From an uncultured archaeon (lineage in GTDB: Archaea; Iainarchaeota; Iainarchaeia; Iainarchaeales; DTGL01): a stretch of 28,021 nucleotides of DNA. The notes beneath the pieces were generated by a model, which saw only the letters and a program-made list of their open reading frames with translations, did not search any database and was not told the DNA's origin. The stretch covers positions 1-28,021 of the forward strand of contig CAZKED010000015.1 of the NCBI GenBank assembly GCA_964551725.1. The letters run 5' to 3'. This document shows, one piece after another, positions 16,593 through 24,150 of this stretch (the first letter of the stretch is position 1; each line of letters starts with the position of its first letter). The translations under genes and the position numbers were made by a program.

Positions 16593-17267
16593 TCACTTTG
16601 TGTCCAGGGGCAATGAGAGAAGCCACCTGCCTTTTTCCAGGTGCTCTGGGTCCGTGTTGCCGAGAATGTCCACCACCGGCTCCCTGCCTCCCCAGACATC
16701 CAACTGAACCTGCCTCCCGTGGACTCTCCCGTCTTCGCCGAGCATTCTGATATTGTTCTCCATTTGGCTCACTGCCCTGCTGAGCCTTTCCGCTGCAGCT
16801 GGATTTGTTTCCTGCAGTGCCTTGTGCAGCTGGAGGAAGTCCTTGCTCGAGAGGTAGTCGGCTTTCACTTTCAGTTTCATTATAACAAGCGGTCCAACCC
16901 TTCCGTAAACCTTTGTGGGCATTAATTCGTAAAGGTCGCTCGGAAAAAACTCGGGGTCTCTGGCTACAGCCTCCTCGTGCTTATCGAACACTCTCTGGAA
17001 TGCTTTGAAATCATATCCCTCGTGCGGGTCCCAGTAAGTGTTCTTCACCGCATACATTCTTCCCCTGAACCCGAACACGCTTACCTTGCATGTGGGATAC
17101 AACGACCTGAGGGTCTTGAAAAACTGCGGGTTTTCGCGCAGGCGGCGCCTCACTTCGTTCACGATTGCGGGGCTTTTTGCTCTCTTCCTCAATGCTAAAC
17201 GGCGTCTTGCCCTCCAGGCTATCCTCCGCCCCGCTCTTGCGGTCTTTCCCGCGAGGTTCAAACCCAT
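16593..17267 (-). CDS. Hypothetical protein with Arg-rich N-terminus
   Basis: ATG 17267 immediately follows the stop of the HAD gene. Confidence 0.72.
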   Translation of the reverse strand: MGLNLAGKTARAGRRIAWRARRRLALRKRAKSPAIVNEVRRRLRENPQFFKTLRSLYPTCKVSVFGFRGRMYAVKNTYWDPHEGYDFKAFQRVFDKHEEAVARDPEFFPSDLYELMPTKVYGRVGPLVIMKLKVKADYLSSKDFLQLHKALQETNPAAAERLSRAVSQMENNIRMLGEDGRVHGRQVQLDVWGGREPVVDILGNTDPEHLEKGRWLLSLPLDTK

Positions 17268-17268
17268 T

Positions 17269-18252
17269 TCACGCGCGCCTCCTTGGGGTGAATTTCCGCA
17301 ACCTTTCAATGAAGCGCCTTCTCGGCAGGCGGATTGTTTCGGGTTCGCGGAGGCGCAGTTCGAGCTCTTGAACTGCCCGCGGACCGGGGTTTATGACTGC
17401 GTCGGCGAGTTTCAGTTTCAGGGAGAGATTGTGGGTGAAATCGCGTGATTCGGGGGGCGGGGCAAGCATTATAGAGATGCCTGCCTGCTTGAATGCCTTT
17501 ATGTCGTCGTAGCCGTCGCTGACCAGGGTCATCCTTTTTGTACGGCAGCGCATGCCGCGCTTTTTCAATTCCCGCCTGACGCGTGTGAGCTTTTTCACAA
17601 CCGGGTAGGATTTACCGGAGCCCTCTTTTCCGCCGCGCGCTCTCGCCCTTACTCTGCCGTTTTTTTCGCCGACAAGTTCTTTCACTCTTTTGATGCCGCC
17701 GTCTTCCGAAAATTCCTCCCTCGTTCCGACGGCAAAATCGAAACCATAGCGTTCGGCAATAACGTCCGCGATTGTCTGGGACATACGCGAGGCAAGCACC
17801 ACCGTTCTTCCCTCGGCTTTGAGCGCTTGGGCGAGTTCAACCAAATCCGTTCTTATTTTCCCCTGCCTTTCAAGCAAATCAACCAGTTTCACTGCATCGC
17901 TCCGCGTAACCCGGTTTTCCGAGAGAATCTTTTCATATCCCAGGAGCATTGCCTGGTCAGATGAGCATTTTCCGGTCTTGGCCATTTCCACGTATCTTCC
18001 GATTATTTCCTTTCCTTCTTTTTCGCCGTACACTAATTTGAAGAGCTCAAGTATTGTGTTCGCTCTGAGCAGTGTTTCGTCCATGTCGAAGACCACGACT
18101 TGCCCGGTGCGGCGGAGAACGCTCTTGGGCTTCGCCCTCCGGAGAACGCGCCTGCCCTTGAAATAGGCGTATTCGTATGCAACCTTTGCCCCCATTCTCG
18201 CCTGGAACGCTAGGCTCGCTCTTTCGCTCGCTTTCTCTTTCTGGTCGGGCAT
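17269..18252 (-). CDS. HAD-superfamily hydrolase (SerB/HAD-IB-like) with basic extensions
   Basis: VVFDMDETL, VLAS and SDGYDDI motifs. Confidence 0.85.
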   Translation of the reverse strand: MPDQKEKASERASLAFQARMGAKVAYEYAYFKGRRVLRRAKPKSVLRRTGQVVVFDMDETLLRANTILELFKLVYGEKEGKEIIGRYVEMAKTGKCSSDQAMLLGYEKILSENRVTRSDAVKLVDLLERQGKIRTDLVELAQALKAEGRTVVLASRMSQTIADVIAERYGFDFAVGTREEFSEDGGIKRVKELVGEKNGRVRARARGGKEGSGKSYPVVKKLTRVRRELKKRGMRCRTKRMTLVSDGYDDIKAFKQAGISIMLAPPPESRDFTHNLSLKLKLADAVINPGPRAVQELELRLREPETIRLPRRRFIERLRKFTPRRRA

Positions 18253-18289
18253 AATTATAATCTCCGTTGAGAACATTTAATCGCTTGCT

Positions 18290-19570
18290 TCACTTCAACT
18301 GCCTCCCCGGCATTAGTTCTAAGACCTCGCCCAGCGCTTTTCGCAGGAGGAGATTCCTCCTTCCGTTTGTGTCCCTTGTTTTGGGCGCGAACCATTTGTC
18401 GTAAACGTACTTTTTCCCGAGGCGCTCCTCCCATTCGGCAATCCAGCCATCTTTTTCCAGCCGGTCCAGCGCCTGCGCGTAGTAATAACCGTTGCCCGCT
18501 TCTTTGGCGTCCTCCAGCATCCGCGGGTTGCTGCGCCGCCAGACCCTCATGTTTATTCCCGTGCCTGCTTCCGCTACGCTCTCGCACCTGCTCCTGCTCC
18601 ACCCCTCCGCGTCGGACAGCTGCCTTAGTATTTCGAATTTTGCCCAGACCAGGGCAGCGCGCGCCGGAGGCAGGCTGGTTCCGGGAATTAATAATTTCAC
18701 GTTTCTTTCCTTTTCCATGCGGTACTTTATCATTCCGACGTTGACCCTGCCCAGCCCTGTTCTCCTGGCTATTTCCTGGGATGAAAGCCTGCCTTCAATC
18801 AAAAGCCTTCTCGCCCTGTCGCCTTTTGCCGTACGCCTCAGTCTCGAAGGCAGTCCCGCGTACTCTCTTCCGTAAAGTTCCTCCTGTTCGAGAATCCAGC
18901 CCCTGAGCTGGCGCAGGGCTTTGCGCCAGTATTTTCCTTTTCCCAGGTTCCTGGCTGTTTTCATTATTTCCGGATTGAACTTGAACCAGTGATAGAAATC
19001 ATCGGAGTTCAGTTCGGATGACGCTGTTTTCATTGCGTCCGCTCTCTTCAGTTTCTCAAACCTTCCGAGTTCCGCGGGCTTGTTTGCAATTTCCAGTAAC
19101 GCATCATACCTGACCAATGTTCTTACAACGACCATTATTGGACTCTTAAGACCCGGAAAAAAATTGGTTATGCCGTGCCTTTGCTTATAAATCCTTATAG
19201 TGTCAGGTTTGACTCCGACCAGGGTGGCAATCTCCTCATTGCCCAAGCCCTCTTCAATGAGCCTTTCGATTTTTGCGTGCTTCAACGGTTTTTCGGGAAA
19301 CTGACCTTTTTCATGCAACTCGCCCTCAATCCTGTCCACCGTTCTGACGTTCTCCCGCGTCCTCGCGAATCTGCCTCTTTCGCCTGTTTCAAGGGCAAAA
19401 CGCCTGAGGGCCCGCTTGGAGCCTATGCCCATTCTCATGGCGCGCCTTACAAATTCTTCTCGTATTTCCCGTTCGCTCATTCTTCTTCTCGGACCCTTCT
19501 CCGGCTCCAATAACTTCCGGCTAATGCCCTTTCGCATATGACCTTTCCTTATCCTCGGTTGCATTGCCAT
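18290..19570 (-). CDS. Arg-rich protein with two HTH-containing repeats
   Basis: GLGNEEIATLVGVKPDTI and LSSQEIARRTGLGRVNV. TTTTATA box ~23 nt before ATG 19570. Confidence 0.78.
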   Translation of the reverse strand: MAMQPRIRKGHMRKGISRKLLEPEKGPRRRMSEREIREEFVRRAMRMGIGSKRALRRFALETGERGRFARTRENVRTVDRIEGELHEKGQFPEKPLKHAKIERLIEEGLGNEEIATLVGVKPDTIRIYKQRHGITNFFPGLKSPIMVVVRTLVRYDALLEIANKPAELGRFEKLKRADAMKTASSELNSDDFYHWFKFNPEIMKTARNLGKGKYWRKALRQLRGWILEQEELYGREYAGLPSRLRRTAKGDRARRLLIEGRLSSQEIARRTGLGRVNVGMIKYRMEKERNVKLLIPGTSLPPARAALVWAKFEILRQLSDAEGWSRSRCESVAEAGTGINMRVWRRSNPRMLEDAKEAGNGYYYAQALDRLEKDGWIAEWEERLGKKYVYDKWFAPKTRDTNGRRNLLLRKALGEVLELMPGRQLK

Positions 19571-19793
19571 ATGTAACATACAATACAGACCATATAAAAG
19601 CCTTTTCCGGCAGCAAAAAGGGCATTTTAGTGGAAATTCTCCTGAATGGATTGCCGGCTCATTGAAAACGGGCAGGAAAAGCGGGCAAAAAAGCATTTTC
19701 CGTCAATTGCCTTAATTGTATGCGTTTAATTCCAATATGCTTTTAAAGGGCGAACTTCCATATTAATAAGAGGCATTACCAGGGTGTGAGATT

Positions 19794-20066
19794 ATGTGCT
19801 TCCTCGTGAAATTCAGGGATGAAAACAACGCGCTTCGGACCGAGAAAGGCAGGAGAATCGAAAAGGGAGGGAAATTCATTACGCTGCACTGCAAGCCCGA
19901 GCAAGAATGCGAATACAGGGAATTCTGCGGAGCACGGGGAGCGCGCATAAAAAACGACCGCATAGTGGAAATACTGGACATTGATTCGCAGTTGAGCGCT
20001 GAATTGCTCGAAAACAAAGTGGCACTGGAGGAATACGTTAAAATGGCGCTGCCCTTGTACAGGTAA
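19794..20066 (+). CDS. Small hypothetical protein with Cys motif
   Basis: C-x5-C-x5-C motif, GGTGTG(A) RBS-like site. Confidence 0.65.
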   Translation: MCFLVKFRDENNALRTEKGRRIEKGGKFITLHCKPEQECEYREFCGARGARIKNDRIVEILDIDSQLSAELLENKVALEEYVKMALPLYR

Positions 20067-20091
20067 AAACACGCTACTTTCTTTTTTTCTT

Positions 20092-21000
20092 TCACTGAAT
20101 CCGCTTTTTTGCCGTGCCGTGGTTTCTCTTGTGCTCGCCTTTTTTCCTCAGTTTCTTCGAATGCGTTTCGAGATAGATTCCCGCGATTATGAGGAGGGCG
20201 CCGCCTGTCAATATTTCCTCGTTCAACTGCTCGCTTAAGAGCAGGACGGCGAGGGCAATGGCGGAAAGCGGGGAAACCACTATTTTTGTAATCGAAGCGG
20301 TTTCCGCTTCAATTTTTTCAAGCGCGAGGTTGTAGAAAAGGTACGCCAGACCCGTGGAAACGACGCCGAGCAAAAGCATGTAAAGGAAAGCGTTGTGCAG
20401 GTTGCCGAAGCCGTAAATGAAGGGCAGGGGGGAAAGCAAAAGGGAAGCGAAAAAGAAAAACCAGAGAACGTCGCCGATTCCGTGCGACTTGTTCTCCTTC
20501 CTCATCTCTGTTGTAAGAAGGCCCAGAAAAAACGCTCCCGCGAGGGAAAGCGCGTTTCCGAAAAAATAGCCCTCCCCGTTCAGGGGATTCATCACCACCA
20601 GCCCGATGAGCGCGGTGACAAGCGTGAGAATTTTCGTCGCGGTGATTCTCTCCCTGAGAACAAAGTACGCGAACACGAGAACAAAAAAAGGGCTGGTTGA
20701 ATGGAGCAGTACAACGTTCTGCACCGGCGCGAACAAAAACGCCGCAACCGAGAGGGATAAAGCGCCTGCGTAAAGAAGCCCGATTAAAAAGTATTCCTTC
20801 GCATCCCCGCGGGTTATTTTGAACGCGTTTTTGTCAATGCGCGGAACTATAAGGAGCAGAAACAAGAACCCGAAGAAAACCCTGTAGAAAACAATTGTCA
20901 TCAGGGGAATTTCGCTTCCGATAAGCTTCACAAACACGCCCACGGACGAAATGCAGACCGCGGCAAGCAGCAGGTAAACATGGCTTTTCTGCAAAGGCAT
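20092..21000 (-). CDS. DMT/EamA family transporter
   Basis: Two EamA repeats, SPFFV...LRERIT and STGLAYLFYNLAL. Confidence 0.93.
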   Translation of the reverse strand: MPLQKSHVYLLLAAVCISSVGVFVKLIGSEIPLMTIVFYRVFFGFLFLLLIVPRIDKNAFKITRGDAKEYFLIGLLYAGALSLSVAAFLFAPVQNVVLLHSTSPFFVLVFAYFVLRERITATKILTLVTALIGLVVMNPLNGEGYFFGNALSLAGAFFLGLLTTEMRKENKSHGIGDVLWFFFFASLLLSPLPFIYGFGNLHNAFLYMLLLGVVSTGLAYLFYNLALEKIEAETASITKIVVSPLSAIALAVLLLSEQLNEEILTGGALLIIAGIYLETHSKKLRKKGEHKRNHGTAKKRIQ

Positions 21001-21063
21001 TGAGTGAATAATAGGGATTAACTCATTTAAAATGGTTTTTGTATTTGGTTTCAGTAAAAAAGG

Positions 21064-21713
21064 TTATTTCCCGCGGCTTCTCCTCCACTTCCACGGCTGG
21101 AAAATTCTTCCTGCCCTGCGCAACCTCACCCTCCTTGCAGCCCTTCTCATTGCGTACTTCATTGACGGAATCATCAAATCCTTTCCCAGTCCACAGCCGA
21201 GTATTCTTGCCTTTTTACCCACATGGGCTTTAAGCTCTGCTACGTCGGATTCAAGGCATATTCTCGGCTCAGGGATTTTCAGAAAAGGATTGGACTCGCC
21301 GTAACCAACAATTGAGATGCCGCGTTGCGAAAACTTGAAACCCTTTGATTTCATGTTTCCGTCAAAACTCCCGCTGCTGAAGCGGTGTCCTCCGCCCTCA
21401 AGATTTTTGTCCCTTTTAGATGCCATGAAAAGCCTGTCGCCGAGTTTTCTCCGGGCATACCCCTTTAAAACACCCCAGTACTGGTCGACTTTTTTTCCCA
21501 GGTCCCCCGGCGGGATCAAAACGAGCACTGTTCCTCCTCTGCCGCAATCCTGTCAACCAACCCGTGCCAGACATCCCTGCTTTTCTTCAAAACATAATCC
21601 CTGGCGGCAATTTCAACTTCCGTGCCGGCAGGCATCCTGCTGGCAGTGAAAAAAGGATGTGTGAGAATTACAAACCTGCTGACCACACGCTTGGGTTCAT
21701 TCCTCGGAGCCAT
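21064..21713 (-). pseudogene. Frameshifted hypothetical gene (ORFs 21516..21713 and 21064..21528)
   Basis: ATG 21713 with TTTTATTC box 23 nt upstream. One added base near 21533 joins ...DRIAAEE to (G)TVLVLIPP... Confidence 0.55.
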
Positions 21714-21749
21714 AAAAAAACATTTGCACAAAGGGGAATAAAACCCTTT

Positions 21750-22487
21750 TCATTCGAAGTCCGTTCTCGCGCGGAGCATGTGCCTGTTTTTGCGGAGCCA
21801 TTTTTCCCACTCTTTGTAGTCGGGACAATGTTCTCTCACCAATGACCAGAATTTTTTGGAATGGTTCCTGTGCTTTAAGTGCGCCAGCTCGTGCACCACG
21901 ATGTATTCGAGCACCCGCTGCGGCGCTGCGAGCAAGCGCCAGTTGAAGGAAAGCGCAGAGCGCGAAGAACAGGAACCCCAGCGCGTTTTCTGCCCCCGCA
22001 CGGAAATTCTGGAATAGGACGCTTTCATTTCCCCTGCCTTCGCGCGCGCCAGCGCGGGAATGAGCGAGCGGGCTTGCTTTTTGTAGAATGAAGCAATGGC
22101 TTTTTTCGCCGAATGCCTTTTTCCATGTGGAACCCTTACCTCGAGTAAGCCGCCACGCGCGGCGGCGCGGGCGGTTTTCCTTTCGCTTTCAATTACGCTC
22201 AACGGAACTTCTTTTCCGAGGAAAAGGATTGAATCCATGGAGCGGGCTTCGCGGGATATTTCCTCCAGTTTCTGCAGGTTGCGCAGGACCCAGCGCTGTT
22301 TTTCGAGAATGAATGATTCAACCTGCGAATGGGAAATCCGGGAACGCTGTGGAATTACCACTTCCAGGCCCGATTCAATGCTCACCTGCAGCTTCAAGTG
22401 CCTGGAGCGATGGCTTTTTCTCGCGGAATAGGGGATTTCTCTGCCATTGAGTGAAACCGAGCCGGAAAAGGAATTTTCTTTCAACAA
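21750..22487 (-). CDS. M48-family/YgjP-like zinc metallohydrolase (start uncertain)
   Basis: QKTRWGSCS, FNWRL, EYIVVHELAHLKHRNHSKKFW. Confidence 0.9.
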   Translation of the reverse strand: MLKENSFSGSVSLNGREIPYSARKSHRSRHLKLQVSIESGLEVVIPQRSRISHSQVESFILEKQRWVLRNLQKLEEISREARSMDSILFLGKEVPLSVIESERKTARAAARGGLLEVRVPHGKRHSAKKAIASFYKKQARSLIPALARAKAGEMKASYSRISVRGQKTRWGSCSSRSALSFNWRLLAAPQRVLEYIVVHELAHLKHRNHSKKFWSLVREHCPDYKEWEKWLRKNRHMLRARTDFE

Positions 22488-22503
22488 AAAACGCCCCTTT
22501 GAA

Positions 22504-23142
22504 TTACCCCAATTCCCTTCGGGCCCTGCCCAGTTCAGAGAGCATTTGGGAATAGCATTGTCTTTGCCAGGCAATCCTGGACCTCATTGCTTTTTCAATG
22601 TAGGAAATAAATTCCGCGCTCCCGGAAAACTTTTCCGCTTCCTCCCTTATTTCTTCATCTTTCGTTTTCCTTAATTTCTCAAGTTTCATGCTCAAATCCC
22701 GCTTCATTGCATCTACAAAACTCCGTCTCCTGTCTTCCACAACTCCCTGCAAAAAGGAAGAGAAAATTTCCCTGGTTCTTTCGCGGATTCCTGAGGAATA
22801 ATCGTTCTCCATAAAACCGGTCACAGTAAAAGGAATTCCTTTGGGATAGAAAGCGAGGGCATTTTCAAATCCCTCCCCTACCACGGTTTCCATTTGCCGG
22901 GAAATTTCCTCGACTTCAACCGGCTCAGTAATCCTGCTCGCTTTCGCAATTATTTTCCTCTCTCTTTTTATGCGGGCGTCGATTTTCGACCACCATTCAT
23001 CCCAAAACATTCCAACGGCTCTCCTGAGCCTTTCCCTAGAACTTCGAGTCCTTTCGCCTTCAGCCCTCCTCCGTTCCCTTTCCTTCTTCTTTTTCCGCCC
23101 TCTGCGGCGCATTTTAAGCAGTTGCTTTTTGGTACGGGCCAT
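22504..23142 (-). CDS. Hypothetical helical protein with extremely basic N-terminus
   Basis: MARTKKQLLKMRRRGRKKKKERERRR..., 212 aa. Confidence 0.72.
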   Translation of the reverse strand: MARTKKQLLKMRRRGRKKKKERERRRAEGERTRSSRERLRRAVGMFWDEWWSKIDARIKRERKIIAKASRITEPVEVEEISRQMETVVGEGFENALAFYPKGIPFTVTGFMENDYSSGIRERTREIFSSFLQGVVEDRRRSFVDAMKRDLSMKLEKLRKTKDEEIREEAEKFSGSAEFISYIEKAMRSRIAWQRQCYSQMLSELGRARRELG

Positions 23143-23279
23143 TTTGGAATCACTAAAATTGAAGCGCGAAAAGTAAAAAAGGCTTTTCGATTTTTCCGCG
23201 CTTTCCGCGCCCTCGGGGCGCGGCGGGGCGGACAGTAACCATTAAAAACTGCTTTTCCCTATAAATTCACGGGGATTGA

Positions 23280-24131
23280 ATGTTGAATGCCGTGCTGGAC
23301 GCTTTCAGGTTCATTGCAAAAAAGCCCTGGATACTGCTGCCCGCGCTCGCGCTCGCGTGCATTTCCCTGCTCGCTTCATCGGTTTTCTACGAGTACTTCA
23401 TGTATGCCGCGTTCGAGCAAATCGTGATTGAAGGCGTGCCCGCAGTGCAGTTTTGGCAGCTGCCCCTGGTGCTGCTGCACAGGAACGCGCTCAATGCAGT
23501 ACTGCTTCTCGCGCTATCGTTCATAGGCGTGTTTTTGAGCGTGATATTCGCGTTTTTCTATTCGAGGCATTCACTCTCGCTGAGGGAGGGAATAGGAACA
23601 CTGAAGGAGGATTTTCTTCTCGCGGTTAAAAAATGGAAGGAATGCTTTTCCCTGGGCGTTTTCCTTTTCTGCACCGCGTTCATTTTTCTTTTTGCCTCTT
23701 ACCTCGCACTGGTGCTTTTTGCCGGAATTCCCTTGCTGGCAGTGCTCGCAATAGCGGTGCTTGCCCTGGCATTGCTTTACGTGCTTTTCAGCGTTTTTTT
23801 GTTCGCCGTGCCCGTGCTCGCGGTGGAGGAACTTGCGGCAAAGGACGCGCTGAAGCGCGCCTGGAATTTCACCGCGGAACACTTCTTGGGCGCAATTGCA
23901 ATGCTCGCTGTAGTATTATTTCTGGACCTGGTTCTGTTCACGGTGCAGGGGCTCCTGCTTGAAATGCCGGAAGTGGACGCAGAGGACTGGCTTTACGCAA
24001 TAGTGCTTGTCTTCTTCAACGCGCTCGTGTTTGCCTTCACCGCGCTCGCCCTCGCGCTGTACTATATTGAAAACCGCGGAGCGGCAAAAAAGCCGGAAAA
24101 AAAGAGAAAATCGCGCGGAAAGCGGAAATAA
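23280..24131 (+). CDS. Multi-pass membrane protein
   Basis: About 6 hydrophobic segments and DALKRAW motif typical of uncharacterised 6-TM families. Confidence 0.85.
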   Translation: MLNAVLDAFRFIAKKPWILLPALALACISLLASSVFYEYFMYAAFEQIVIEGVPAVQFWQLPLVLLHRNALNAVLLLALSFIGVFLSVIFAFFYSRHSLSLREGIGTLKEDFLLAVKKWKECFSLGVFLFCTAFIFLFASYLALVLFAGIPLLAVLAIAVLALALLYVLFSVFLFAVPVLAVEELAAKDALKRAWNFTAEHFLGAIAMLAVVLFLDLVLFTVQGLLLEMPEVDAEDWLYAIVLVFFNALVFAFTALALALYYIENRGAAKKPEKKRKSRGKRK

Positions 24132-24150
24132 TGCCTCAAAAGTGGAAAAA

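Noticed and set aside
714-23142. Provirus
   Set aside because: No capsid, terminase, packaging ATPase, replication or integrase genes recognised, and cellular genes are interspersed.
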